Assembly (NCBI GenBank): GCA_963765495.1
Contig: CAVXWP010000009.1
Span: 448,001-512,000 of the forward strand
Length of the DNA stretch: 64,000 bases
Reading direction: 5' to 3'
DNA from: Blastocatellia bacterium
GTDB lineage: Bacteria; Acidobacteriota; Blastocatellia; UBA7656
The notes beneath the pieces were generated by a model. It had not been told where the DNA came from. It did no database searches and saw nothing but the letters and a program-made list of their open reading frames with translations. This document shows, one piece after another, positions 8,914 through 19,282 of the stretch (positions are counted from its first letter, which is position 1; the number at the start of each line of letters is the position of its first letter). Position numbers and translations under genes: made by a program.

Positions 8914-11460
8914 ATGAGTCTAGCACACGACTCAAAAATAGGTTCATACAGGGTGCTTGCCGAGCTTGGAGCAGGCGGTATGGGCGAAGTATATCTGGCC
9001 GAAGACACACGGCTCGGACGCCGGGTGGCGCTCAAAGTCCTCTCGGCTAATTTCACAAAGAACAAAGACCGTGTTCAGCGTTTTCAACAGGAGGCTCGCT
9101 CCGCTTCGGCGCTCAATCACCCGAATATCATCACGATATATGAGATCGGGCAGGAAGGCCCCATACATTTCATCGCCACCGAATTGATAGACGGAGAGAC
9201 GCTTCGCCGCCACATATCGCGCGACCGTCTCTCGTGCCGCGAAGTGCTCGACATAGCCCTACAGGTAGCCAACGCGCTCGCAGCGGCGCATTCGACGCGA
9301 ATAGTGCACCGCGACATCAAGCCTGAAAACATCATGCTTCGCCCCGACGGCTACGTCAAAGTTCTCGATTTCGGACTGGCCAAACTGACGGCTTCTCCAA
9401 ACGATTCGGTACCCGTAGACCCGGATGCGGTGACGGCCATTGAGGCGAACGTGCCTCAAAAACGTATGGTCGAAACCGACCCCGGGACGGTGCTTGGAAC
9501 CGTCACCTACATGTCGCCCGAACAGGCGCGAGGCCAGCCCATCGATCTGCGGACCGATATATTCAGCCTAGGCGTGGTCATTTATGAAATGGTCGCAGGA
9601 AGGGTTCCATTCGAAGGCACATCCGTAAGCGATGTGATCGTTTCGATACTTGGAAGCCGCCCGTTGCCGCTCGCCCGTTATTCGCTGAACGTCCCAGACG
9701 AGCTTGAGCGCATAGTTAGCAAGGCGCTCGCAAAAGACAGGGAAGAGCGGTATCAGACTATAAAAGACCTCCTGATCGATCTTAAGAAGCTCAAGCAGCG
9801 GATCGAGATCGAAGAAGAACTGGAATTCTCTTCGCGCACCTATCAGGACCGCGAGACGGTAAGCATATCGAGCGCCAGCCCCGCTTCGGGCTCACGTTCC
9901 GGCTCAACCTCGGATGCCTCCTCAGGCTCAGGCGCTAAACAGGCATTCGCAGCGATGCCGAGCGTACCCGCAATAAGGACTTCATCGAGCGCCGAATACC
10001 TTATCACCGAAATCAAACGCCACAAGCGGGGCGCGATGATTACGGTCTTTCTTATCGCGGTGGCAATAGCCTCGCTTGCCTATTTCACAAGAGACAGCGG
10101 CAAGATCAACTCGCTTGCCGTCATGCCTTTCTCGAATGTGAGCGAGGATCAAAGCACAAAAGATCTGGGCAATTTACTGGCCCAGCGCATCATAAACACT
10201 CTTTCGCAGATGCCCGAACTCAAGGTGCAGTCCTTTCGCGCCGTGGCGCAGTTCAACAACCCGGAGACAGACCCGCAAACCGTAGGCACAAAGCTTGGCG
10301 TGCGCGCCGTTCTCGTAGGCAATTTCGTCAAGCGCGACCGCGACGACGGTCTCTTTATCAACCTTGAGCTTGTGGATGCGCGCGATAACAGCCAGATATG
10401 GGGCAAACAGTATGACAGAAAATTCGCCGACCTGCGCCGCGTTCAGGAAGAGATTCTGGCCGATGTATCGGCACGGCTCGGGCTGAAGATGAGCGAAGAA
10501 GAGAAGCGCGAGCGCGAGGCCGAACAGCTTTATCAGGAAGCGCGCAATTACTGGGAGAAGCGGACTGCGGACGGGCTGAAAAAGGCAATAGCTTCGTTTG
10601 AGCGCGCGATTGAAATACAACCGAATTACGCAGCGGCTTATGCGGGGCTGGCCGATTGCTACAATATGCTTGGAGTCTACGGCGCGCTCGCGCCCCTGGA
10701 AACTTTTCCGAAAGCGAGAGAGGCGGCCGAAAGGGCTCTGAGCATCGACTCGAAACTTGCCGAAGCCCACACCTCGCTTGCTTTCGTCATGTTTAGAGAA
10801 GAGTGGAAATGGGACGAGGCCGAAAACGAATTCGAGCAGGCCATCCGTCTCAACCCCGATTATCCGCAAGCGCATCAGTGGTACGCAAACTACCTGTCGG
10901 CCGTGGGTCGCCATCGCGAAGCCGAACAGGAGACGCGCCGCGTTCAGGAGCTTGATCCTACTTCACTCATCTTAAACGCGCATTTCGGATTTATATATTT
11001 CTGCGCCCATCGCTATGATGATGTTATAACGCTCAGCCAGAAGACGCTCGATCTGGACCCGAATTTCTTTGCGGCCCGGCGCTATCTGGGTCTTGCCTAC
11101 ACGCAAAAGAAGATGTACGACAAGGCCATCAACGAATATCAAAAAGCGCTTCAGGCATCAGGAAACTCGGCGCTAATCAAGGCCGAACTCGCGCAGGCGC
11201 TTGCATCGGGCGGCAAGAGGCAAGAGGCCGAAACCATCCTCGAAGAGTTGAAACAGCTCTCCTCTCAGCGTTACATTTCGCCCTATAACATAGCGTTGAT
11301 CTACGTGGCGCTTGGAGAGAAAGAACAGGCTTTCGAGTGGCTTGAGAAAGCCTTTGAAATGCGGGCCGATTTCCTCGTCTATATCAAAGTGGACCCCCGG
11401 CTCGATGCGCTCCACACCGACGCAAGATTCGACAACCTTGTGCGGCGGATAGGTCTGTGA
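8914..11460 (+). CDS. Hanks-type Ser/Thr protein kinase with TM helix, TolB-like domain and TPR repeats
   Basis: LGAGGMGEVY, VALK, HRDIKPEN, DFGLAK, YMSPEQ; SLAVMPF; TPRs; start chosen after GGAGG (ORF track begins 8797). Confidence 0.95.
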   Translation: MSLAHDSKIGSYRVLAELGAGGMGEVYLAEDTRLGRRVALKVLSANFTKNKDRVQRFQQEARSASALNHPNIITIYEIGQEGPIHFIATELIDGETLRRHISRDRLSCREVLDIALQVANALAAAHSTRIVHRDIKPENIMLRPDGYVKVLDFGLAKLTASPNDSVPVDPDAVTAIEANVPQKRMVETDPGTVLGTVTYMSPEQARGQPIDLRTDIFSLGVVIYEMVAGRVPFEGTSVSDVIVSILGSRPLPLARYSLNVPDELERIVSKALAKDREERYQTIKDLLIDLKKLKQRIEIEEELEFSSRTYQDRETVSISSASPASGSRSGSTSDASSGSGAKQAFAAMPSVPAIRTSSSAEYLITEIKRHKRGAMITVFLIAVAIASLAYFTRDSGKINSLAVMPFSNVSEDQSTKDLGNLLAQRIINTLSQMPELKVQSFRAVAQFNNPETDPQTVGTKLGVRAVLVGNFVKRDRDDGLFINLELVDARDNSQIWGKQYDRKFADLRRVQEEILADVSARLGLKMSEEEKREREAEQLYQEARNYWEKRTADGLKKAIASFERAIEIQPNYAAAYAGLADCYNMLGVYGALAPLETFPKAREAAERALSIDSKLAEAHTSLAFVMFREEWKWDEAENEFEQAIRLNPDYPQAHQWYANYLSAVGRHREAEQETRRVQELDPTSLILNAHFGFIYFCAHRYDDVITLSQKTLDLDPNFFAARRYLGLAYTQKKMYDKAINEYQKALQASGNSALIKAELAQALASGGKRQEAETILEELKQLSSQRYISPYNIALIYVALGEKEQAFEWLEKAFEMRADFLVYIKVDPRLDALHTDARFDNLVRRIGL

Positions 11461-11585
11461 TGCGTGAAGCGCGATGCGTGATGCGTGATTTTCAGCCGCG
11501 TGGCTATCACAGGTCAATTGCAAATCTCACGAATCACGCTTCACGAATCACGCTTCACGCATCACGCTTCACGCATCACGCATCA
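11458..11585. repeat. Inverted heptamer tandem-repeat element (CGTGATG family)
   Basis: TGATGCG-type units, spacer, then about 8 TCACGC-type units; overlaps the stop codons of both convergent genes. Confidence 0.9.
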
Positions 11586-12148
11586 GCCGCTATATTTTCG
11601 CGTCCGTATCTGAGCACTTTAGCCATCCAGATCAATTCCTTCAGAAACTTATCAATGCGTTTGATGTATGCCTCATCCAGCAGATTTCCGTTCTCGTCGA
11701 AGAGGTTTTGAGCCTGGGGGAAATTCCCATCCCAGAATATATTGACAAGGCCGAGTTCTCTCATAACGGGAAGCAGGCTCTCGATAACGCGAGTACCGCC
11801 AAAGCTTCCGGCCGATACGCCGCATATTCCTACGGCCTTGTGAATGTACTCTTTCAAATTCGTATCGAGAGCGTGTTTGAGCATTCCCGGATAGCCGTGA
11901 TTGTACTCCGGCGCGACTATGATGAGCGCGTCCGCCCGGTCAACGGTCGCAGAAAACCACGAATCCTTTATCGCCTCCCCCGCGTCGGTGATCGGCAGAT
12001 TGAGATTGCGGATATCTACCAGCTCGGTCTCTACGCCCACACGTTTAGTTGTTTCGCCCAACACAAAACGGGCTACGTTTTCCGACATACGCCCCTGTCT
12101 GGTAGTGCCCAGAATAACTGGGATAAAAAGCGGCCTGTCTGTACTCAT
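11576..12148 (-). CDS. NADPH-dependent FMN reductase
   Basis: ILGTTRQGRMS, APEYNHGYPGMLKHALD, SAGSFGG. Confidence 0.92.
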   Translation of the reverse strand: MSTDRPLFIPVILGTTRQGRMSENVARFVLGETTKRVGVETELVDIRNLNLPITDAGEAIKDSWFSATVDRADALIIVAPEYNHGYPGMLKHALDTNLKEYIHKAVGICGVSAGSFGGTRVIESLLPVMRELGLVNIFWDGNFPQAQNLFDENGNLLDEAYIKRIDKFLKELIWMAKVLRYGRENIAADA

Positions 12149-12159
12149 ACTCTCTCCTC

Positions 12160-13671
12160 TCACTTGATATTCAGCACCGAATTCAGCCCGCCGTGACTGT
12201 CAGGTTCTTTCAAACCGTTGCCGGGGTCTTCGATCCATATCTGATTATTGATGACGAATTTGTACGCATAACGACCGGGCGGCGGGACTTCGATCTCTGC
12301 TCGCCAGACCCCTTTCCTGTCCTTAATAAACGGCGCGCGGGCCGGGTCCCAACCATTGAACTCCCCGGCTAGCGACACGCTTTCCAGCCGCTCTCCATCG
12401 GGATAAAAAAATACCAGCCGGTCGCCTTCGATCAATGGCGGTCGGAAATAATTTTCGTCCAGCGGTCTCTGATACTGAGTCGCCATCTCGACTGCGCGCC
12501 TCGCCTTCAACACGCCATAGCCCTGCCACATCAATGGCGCTCCGGCAATACGGCTCGCCGTCGAGATCAGGATGCGCTTTATCGCGGCAGGCGAAAGCGT
12601 GGGATTCGCCTCAAGCATCTGCGCGATTACGGAAGAGACTATCGGCGCGGCAAACGAAGTCCCGTCAACGTGCTGGTAATGCGCAGCCACTATTTTGTGC
12701 GCCTTGATCGCATCTTCGATATGAGCGCGAATCTTCTGCGCGCTCTCTCCGGTGAGCGACTTAGGCAATCGGGCTACCTTCCATGCCTCGCACGCCGCGC
12801 GGCTCAACCGGGCATCGGGGTCGCCCTCGGCCCGGGCGAGACTTGCCAGCACGTAATCAGGCTCGACGGCAAGCTGCGAGAGCGCCTCGGCCCTTTCGTA
12901 ATCCTCCGTGTCGGGCAGAATAGGGGCGGCTATCCAGATGGCGGGCGCTATGATTTCCGGTTTTACCACGCCGTCGGCTGTCGGGCCAAAGCTCGAACAG
13001 TAAACACCAAAGCCTTCTTCTTCCAACTGATTCTTGTCATCGTAGCCGCCCACGGTTATCACCGAAGGCGAATTCGCAGGAGCAGTGGTGTTGTGCATAG
13101 GCGTACAGCCTTTGTTGCCCGCAGCCGCAACTGTGACTATGCCGAGTTTTATGGCCTCTTCGGCAGCGCGGTCGGCGATGCTTTCAGCCGAAGGGAGATC
13201 ATCATCGCCGCCAAGCGATATGTTCATTATGCGAATATCGTAACGGTCTTTGTTTTCGATCACCCACCTTATGCCGCGCGCGATCTGATCTTCGGTGATA
13301 CGACCGTCCGCGCCTACCTTGACCAGCACTACCTGCGCGTCGGAGGCAATCCCGCTATAGAGACCATCCGCCAGATGTCCGTTGCCCGCCGCGACCACTG
13401 ATGTCATCGTGCCGTGCCAGTCCCAGGGTTTGGGCGAGCCGTACTCGTCAAGCACAGCGCGGTGGCCCGATATGTCTTTAAAGGCGATGATGCGGTTTTC
13501 AGGCTCGGTCAAATCGGGATGCGGGTAGAAACCCGAATCGAGAAAGGCTATGGTCACGCCCTTGCCCGTAAGATGAGCAGGGGCTTCTAGCCTGACCGGC
13601 GTAGGTATTACGCCAAAACGGTTTTGAGCGTGCGAGTGATTATGCGAGGCTGGGTGTCCGGCTTTCGTCAT
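12160..13671 (-). CDS. S8 (AprX-like) serine peptidase with C-terminal CBM48/AMPK glycogen-binding-like domain
   Basis: FLDSG, WHGT, AAAGN, GTSFAAP triad; C-terminal VSLAGEFNGW...GRYAYKFVIN..WIEDPGN. Confidence 0.9.
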   Translation of the reverse strand: MTKAGHPASHNHSHAQNRFGVIPTPVRLEAPAHLTGKGVTIAFLDSGFYPHPDLTEPENRIIAFKDISGHRAVLDEYGSPKPWDWHGTMTSVVAAGNGHLADGLYSGIASDAQVVLVKVGADGRITEDQIARGIRWVIENKDRYDIRIMNISLGGDDDLPSAESIADRAAEEAIKLGIVTVAAAGNKGCTPMHNTTAPANSPSVITVGGYDDKNQLEEEGFGVYCSSFGPTADGVVKPEIIAPAIWIAAPILPDTEDYERAEALSQLAVEPDYVLASLARAEGDPDARLSRAACEAWKVARLPKSLTGESAQKIRAHIEDAIKAHKIVAAHYQHVDGTSFAAPIVSSVIAQMLEANPTLSPAAIKRILISTASRIAGAPLMWQGYGVLKARRAVEMATQYQRPLDENYFRPPLIEGDRLVFFYPDGERLESVSLAGEFNGWDPARAPFIKDRKGVWRAEIEVPPPGRYAYKFVINNQIWIEDPGNGLKEPDSHGGLNSVLNIK

Positions 13672-14042
13672 TGTAAACTCCTACCCGTTAAGGTTTAAAG
13701 ATTCGCCGAGGGTGCTCACTACTATAAACAGAAATCAGGGCAGGCCATCATACCATTTTCTTGCGGGATTTCAGAAGCAGGTTTGCCCTGCTTTGCGTCT
13801 CCGCGTCTTTGCGAGCGACTATAGCAGTTTTCACTTGAATGTAGTCTGTCGGGGCCAGATGTGACACTCTCTCTTTAGCGCCTTGAGCAATCGGCTGAAT
13901 CGAGAGCCGCTGCGCGATTTCTTTATGTGGTTTAATGAAAAATTGAGCCGACCATTGTCGGCCTTTGCTGATTTGGTGGGTTGGTAATCAATTCCAGTTC
14001 ACGCCAGGCGTTTGAGAAGGCAAGTCCGGTGCGGTTGCCATT

Positions 14043-15287
14043 TCAAGCAGGCTTGTGTGTCAATCCTCTCCGAAAAACAGTTTCGAATATGGGCGAGGTC
14101 ATCAAAGTAGTCACGACCGCCATCAAAACCAGGATTGTGAATAGCGTCGGAGTTATCATTCCGCGTTCCAGCCCTATGTTTAGAATTATCAACTCCATCA
14201 GTCCGCGAGAGTTCATCAAGGCCCCAATTGCCAGCGCTTCACGGTTGGGCTCGCCGCTCAATCTGGCTGCGAGCCAACATGCTATTCCCTTACCCAAACA
14301 AGAACCCAGCAATAATATGAGCGCCACATACCAGAGAGAGATCGAATCAAGCAGACCTATGCTAGTGTTCAGACCCGAATAAATGAAAAACAGCGGCAGC
14401 AAAAAATTGACCGTCAACGGCTCAAGCTTACGCTGGATTTCAAGGGCAAAGTCTCCGCGCGGCATGTTCACGCCCAGAATGAATGCGCCAAAGATGGCAT
14501 AGATGCCTATAGTGTCAGTGAGCCACGCCCCGAACATTAGAAGTATAAGCACGGTTGAGAAGACCGCTCCGCTTATTTCTTCGCGGCTCCTGGCCCTCTC
14601 TTCCAGTCTTTTGAAGAGCGGTCTGCCAATCAGATAGACCCCGGCGGCGTAGAGCAAGCCGCCACCAATCGCCCATATCGCGATCGACGCGTCGCTGTTA
14701 AAGCTTGCAAGCACTATCGCAAGGATGCACCAGGCGGCTACATCGTTCAACGAACCGGCAGCCAGCGCCAGGGTGCCCAGAGAGGTTCCCGCCAATCCGC
14801 ATTCGTGAATTATCCGGGCCAGCATGGGAAAGGCTGTAATTGACATCGCTGCCCCGATAAATAACATGGATTCCCAGAGGGTAACCTGCTTTGTAAAGTA
14901 TCTCGAGTCTTCAAAAAGAAAAACTGCTGTCAGGCTGCCAAGCGCAAAAGGCATCGCGATCCCTGCCAGCGATACGGCAACGGCACTCCGCAATCGACTT
15001 CTGATCAGGCCTACCTCAAACTCAAGACCGATCAGGAACATGTAAAGCACCAGACCAAGCTGGCTGACGGCATATATGATGCTCATAAACGATTTCGGGA
15101 AAAGGTAGTTCTGAGCATCAGGGATTATCAGGCCCAGAAGCGACGGCCCCATCATTACTCCTGCAATCATTTCGCCCACAACCTGTGGCTGGCCTACCTT
15201 TCGCGCTAAAAAACCCACGATCCGGCACGTTGCCAGTATGAATGCCAACTGTAAAAAGAAATGCGCTGAGATTTGAAAATTGGACAT
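14043..15287 (-). CDS. Cation:proton antiporter (CPA2/KefB-like)
   Basis: GQPQVVGEMIAG, SITAFPMLARI, LMNSRGLMELI; many TM helices. Confidence 0.93.
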   Translation of the reverse strand: MSNFQISAHFFLQLAFILATCRIVGFLARKVGQPQVVGEMIAGVMMGPSLLGLIIPDAQNYLFPKSFMSIIYAVSQLGLVLYMFLIGLEFEVGLIRSRLRSAVAVSLAGIAMPFALGSLTAVFLFEDSRYFTKQVTLWESMLFIGAAMSITAFPMLARIIHECGLAGTSLGTLALAAGSLNDVAAWCILAIVLASFNSDASIAIWAIGGGLLYAAGVYLIGRPLFKRLEERARSREEISGAVFSTVLILLMFGAWLTDTIGIYAIFGAFILGVNMPRGDFALEIQRKLEPLTVNFLLPLFFIYSGLNTSIGLLDSISLWYVALILLLGSCLGKGIACWLAARLSGEPNREALAIGALMNSRGLMELIILNIGLERGMITPTLFTILVLMAVVTTLMTSPIFETVFRRGLTHKPA

Positions 15288-15341
15288 TTTCCCCTCTGAT
15301 GAGCCCCGGTAATCTAATAAGACTATTTATTGCCCCTCGCG

Positions 15342-15512
15342 ACTATAGCGGTTTTCAGATGAATGTAGCCTGTAATGGCAATTGACCGATGATCTGCTTT
15401 GCACACGGCGGCCAATGATAGTCATCGCCCAAAAGGTGATCCGGGCAACCACAATAAAATGTATTCATTCGGGTTGCCCCTACAGCTAAACACATTCTCA
15501 AATCGCTATAGT
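15342..15512. mobile_element. MITE-like element with ACTATAGCG termini containing a GTAG-type REP-like hairpin
   Basis: ACTATAGCGGTTT...AAATCGCTATAGT imperfect TIR; internal GGGCAACC..GGTTGCCCCTAC (15443-15483). Confidence 0.6.
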
Positions 15513-15543
15513 TCTTGCAAAGACGCAGAGATACAAAGCAAGC

Positions 15544-16407
15544 CTAGCCGGCCATGTGGGTAAGCGCGGCGCTCATCTGCCAGAGCCTCGCGGCAGCTTC
15601 CCGGTCATAAGACCCCGATGAGGATGAGGTCTCCTTCTTATCCATAAAATACTTTCCGGTCACGTCCTCGACCTCAGGGGATGAGGCGAGATAGATGCTC
15701 GTCTCGGCTCCCGTTTCCGGGCTTGTAAGGAGAGGCTTCACAAGCCATGCGAGCGGGCGCGCAAGCAAAGGAAAGAACCCGTTCATCAGATTTGTCCCCA
15801 CCACGCCCGGATGAAGACAGTTGGCCGTAACCCCGGTGCCTTCCAGGTGCCGGGCCAGTTCGTATGTGAAGAGCACGTTTTCAAGCTTCGACTGGCTGTA
15901 AGCCTCGGTCGCGCCGTAATGCTTTTCGCCCTGAATGTTGTCGAAATCGAGGCTCCGGCTGTGAATCTTTGAAGAGACAGTGACGATACGCGACGGAGCC
16001 GCAGCCTTCAGGTTGTCGAGCAGCAGGTTCGTCAGCAGGAAAGGACCGAGGTGATTTACAGCAAAAGTCGTTTCAATTCCATCCGCAGTAAGCGTGCGTT
16101 CGCGCAGGATGACACCGGCATTGTTGACCAGCACATCCAACCGGTCATTGCGGTCCTTAAAATCCTGAGCCAGGCGATGTATGGATTCCTGCGAGGCGAG
16201 ATCGGCTATCATCAAATCCACAGCCTTGTTTCCGCTTTCAGATATAATGTCGGCCCTCGCCTCTTCGCCTTTGCTCTGATTTCGGCAGATCATGATGACG
16301 GACGCGCCCAGCGCGGCCAGCCCGTGCGCGGTGGCTTTGCCTATCCCGGTATTGGCTCCGGTCACCATGCAGATTTTTCCGCTCATATCACTGTTGGGTT
16401 GTTTCAT
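15544..16407 (-). CDS. SDR oxidoreductase (retinol dehydrogenase-like)
   Basis: TGANTGIG, NNAG, YSQSK, LHPGVV. Confidence 0.95.
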   Translation of the reverse strand: MKQPNSDMSGKICMVTGANTGIGKATAHGLAALGASVIMICRNQSKGEEARADIISESGNKAVDLMIADLASQESIHRLAQDFKDRNDRLDVLVNNAGVILRERTLTADGIETTFAVNHLGPFLLTNLLLDNLKAAAPSRIVTVSSKIHSRSLDFDNIQGEKHYGATEAYSQSKLENVLFTYELARHLEGTGVTANCLHPGVVGTNLMNGFFPLLARPLAWLVKPLLTSPETGAETSIYLASSPEVEDVTGKYFMDKKETSSSSGSYDREAAARLWQMSAALTHMAG

Positions 16408-16465
16408 TTTTTGGTTCCTCGCTCAACGGCGCGGCCCGTTTTCAAACCTTCTGATCAATTGCAAC

Positions 16466-18256
16466 TTACTGCCCTTTGCGCTCCTGGCGCAAGTGCTTCT
16501 TTTTGGATAAATCCTTTTTGCGATAAATGATAAAGCGGCCTGTCGAGCCAATATTCTTATATTCCTTCATGAGTTCGCGCAAATCTGAAAACTTCTGGAT
16601 GTCGAGATCGGCGTTGAAAAACCCAAGTTCGTCTATGATATATTTCGGGCGGGTCTGTTCAAGGTCGCTGAGAAGTTCAGCCCGCGCCCGACTTGTCTGG
16701 TCTTCATCGAGCACAACCGAATAATCGCTAAAATAATGAACATCGGCCGGGACTCCCGTCAACGGCTGCGAGCTAAGGTACCTGGAGGCGGGCAACAGCC
16801 CTGACCAGTAATATAGTTCGGGTCTGTAGCCCCACACGAAAAGATAATCCTCCGATGAACGGGGCGGGCGGGTGCGGGGACCATCGGCGCGTATATCTTC
16901 CAGCCCACGAAGGTCTGCCGACTCAGCGCCCTCCGGCAACTCCCTCACAAGCGCGGCCGCCATGCGTTCTTCCCGCTTCAGTCTCTCGTGAAACCACTGC
17001 TTTGTCTCTTCGCTCCTTGTGCCGCGAACCCAATCCGTCGCAAGCGTAATTGTCCTCCCATGAAATCGCTCCAGTGTAAATAAGAATCCGAGGATGAGCA
17101 ACGCCACTGCCCCGATGCGAATAGCGCGACTGCGCGCTCTCAACTTGGAAATTATTGCCGTTAAACCTCGCGCACCTATCAGGCACAGGACAGGCATTAT
17201 ATCTAAAAAGTAATGGCCGAAAAATCTGCCGCCGACAGACAGACCGGCATAAGAGACTGCAAACCATATCAGCATCGTCACATCGGAGGCGAATATGCGA
17301 CCAGTTTCAGAGCCGTCCGCCCCCTGTTTTCGATTCTTTATGGTAATCGCAACGATAAAAAGGAGAGCGACGAGCAAGGTGTTGTTGAACAGAAAATAAT
17401 TCATGCTCTGAGTCAGGGCAGGCCAAACAGCCTTCCACAGAGGGTAATAATCGGCATAGCGTCGGCCCCAATCCCACACATACAGCCAGTAAGCCGTAAG
17501 CGAGTGTATCCAGGCAATGTATGCCAGAAACGGAAGCGAGCCGACAGCCGTGCCCGCAAGCGCGAAAACAAATAACAGCAGCGATTCTTTAAGCGCGTGC
17601 CTCTGCGTATCGTTATCAAACCATCTTCTTGCTGCGATCAAAAGGATCGCGAAAAATATGAGAGCGAATACGCCCTTTGGATTTACCTGAAAGGCAACGC
17701 CCACAAGCGCCCCCCCGATAAAGGCCGTCCGTCGCGACAGACAAACACGTGACCGGGCGAGCAGAAAGGCCGCCGCCGTGTTAGGCAGGGTCATCAGAAA
17801 ATCCGTATTTAGCCCCTGCACGTGCCCCGTGGTGTAGGTCGTGCTGAAGACCGCAAACATCGCGGCTGCAAGCAATCCCGTCCGCCTGTCATAAAGCCAT
17901 CTTCCAAACATATAGAGCGCCCATGAGACGGCTACCGAATAGAGAACCGTAAACAGGCGTATGGTGAGTATATGCGCGCCGAAGAGTTTGAAAAGCAGCG
18001 CGTACAAGAGCGCCGCTGCGGGCGGCTTGTCGAAATAGATTTCGCGGTAGAGCGCATGGCCGCGCAGGATCTCTTCGGCTGCCGTAAACCATAACCCGTC
18101 ATCCTGATACAGATGCCCCGCGTAAAAGATGCGCAGCAGAAAGCTTGTTGCCGCAACGGCTATGAATACCCTCAGAACCAGCGCCCGCGCAAAATATTTA
18201 CGCCACGACGCCTGACCGCCCGCTAAGATCGGCTTTGGGAAAAAATGCGTGTTCAA
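16466..18256 (-). CDS. GT-C membrane glycosyltransferase (ArnT/PMT-2-like)
   Basis: QDDGLW, LYREIYFDKPP, multiple TM helices, FFGHYF. Confidence 0.8.
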   Translation of the reverse strand: MNTHFFPKPILAGGQASWRKYFARALVLRVFIAVAATSFLLRIFYAGHLYQDDGLWFTAAEEILRGHALYREIYFDKPPAAALLYALLFKLFGAHILTIRLFTVLYSVAVSWALYMFGRWLYDRRTGLLAAAMFAVFSTTYTTGHVQGLNTDFLMTLPNTAAAFLLARSRVCLSRRTAFIGGALVGVAFQVNPKGVFALIFFAILLIAARRWFDNDTQRHALKESLLLFVFALAGTAVGSLPFLAYIAWIHSLTAYWLYVWDWGRRYADYYPLWKAVWPALTQSMNYFLFNNTLLVALLFIVAITIKNRKQGADGSETGRIFASDVTMLIWFAVSYAGLSVGGRFFGHYFLDIMPVLCLIGARGLTAIISKLRARSRAIRIGAVALLILGFLFTLERFHGRTITLATDWVRGTRSEETKQWFHERLKREERMAAALVRELPEGAESADLRGLEDIRADGPRTRPPRSSEDYLFVWGYRPELYYWSGLLPASRYLSSQPLTGVPADVHYFSDYSVVLDEDQTSRARAELLSDLEQTRPKYIIDELGFFNADLDIQKFSDLRELMKEYKNIGSTGRFIIYRKKDLSKKKHLRQERKGQ

Positions 18257-18258
18257 GA

Positions 18259-19137
18259 TTAGACTGCTGAATTGAGACTCACAGGGACGAGCACGGGACC
18301 GGGGCCAGGGGTGTGAACGCCAAGCGCCAGATCAAGTTCATCCGCAAGGTTCGCGCCCGTTTGGGCAAGCGACCGAAAGTCAAACAATCTGGGGTCAAGC
18401 AGATGCGAAGGCGTGGTATTGCCTAATGCGGAGAGCATTGAATTTCGCACCATTGGTATTTCGAATTGAAGCTCTTCGATCAACCGCTTGACGCGTTTGC
18501 GCTTGAGGTCTTCCTGCGACCCGCAGAGATCGCAGGGGATGATTGGAAATTCTTGTGTCTCAGCAAAAGCGGCAATATCGGATTCCCAGCAGTAGGCCAT
18601 CGGGCGAATTATCATATTGCGCCCGTCGTCGCTTCTGAGAGCGGGCGGCATGGCCTTGAGCGAGCCGCTGAAAAAAAGGTTGAGCAAAAAGGTCTCTAAA
18701 ATATCGTCCGCGTGGTGGCCGAGCGCGATCTTTGTGCAGCGTTCTTCAACCGCCGTGTTGTATAAAATGCCCCGGCGCAATCTGGAGCACAGCGCACACG
18801 TAGTAGCGCCTTCGGGCACTTTGGCCTTCACTATCGAATAGGTATCGCGCTCGATTATTCGAAAGGGGACACCTGTTTTCTCCAGATATTCGGGCAGGAC
18901 ATTTTCGGGGAAACCAGGCTGCTTTTGATCGAGGTTCACAGCAAGCAGATCAAAGCGCACAGGCGCTCGTCGCTGCAAATCGAGTAGCAATGTAAGTAGC
19001 GTGTAGCTGTCCTTGCCGCCACTCAAGCATACCATTACCCTGTCGCCATCTTTGATCATATTGAAATCTTCGATGGCCTTACCTGTAGCTCGCAGCAACC
19101 TCTGCTTTAGTTTAGATTGTTCAATCTTCTTAGTCAT
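18259..19137 (-). CDS. ttcA: tRNA 2-thiocytidine(32) synthetase
   Basis: SGGKDS PP-loop, [24 protein letters not shown]; start at MTKK. Confidence 0.96.
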   Translation of the reverse strand: MTKKIEQSKLKQRLLRATGKAIEDFNMIKDGDRVMVCLSGGKDSYTLLTLLLDLQRRAPVRFDLLAVNLDQKQPGFPENVLPEYLEKTGVPFRIIERDTYSIVKAKVPEGATTCALCSRLRRGILYNTAVEERCTKIALGHHADDILETFLLNLFFSGSLKAMPPALRSDDGRNMIIRPMAYCWESDIAAFAETQEFPIIPCDLCGSQEDLKRKRVKRLIEELQFEIPMVRNSMLSALGNTTPSHLLDPRLFDFRSLAQTGANLADELDLALGVHTPGPGPVLVPVSLNSAV

Positions 19138-19282
19138 CGCTAGAACAAGGATAGTAGCATATAGAAAAGACAGGTGACCACTATTCGAGTTCGCTCCCTT
19201 CAAGAGCAAGAGCAGCGATGCTAGGATTATTTGAATGCTTTGTAAACACTATGGAATCAGCGTAGATCGAAGGAGATAAAGC

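Larger units (their letters stand above)
13789..15540. mobile_element. Putative non-autonomous composite element carrying an antiporter gene
   Basis: Terminal inverted repeats 13789-13815 and 15514-15540 (23/27), continuing into CTATAGC ends; internal 35-bp direct repeat; no transposase. Confidence 0.55.
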
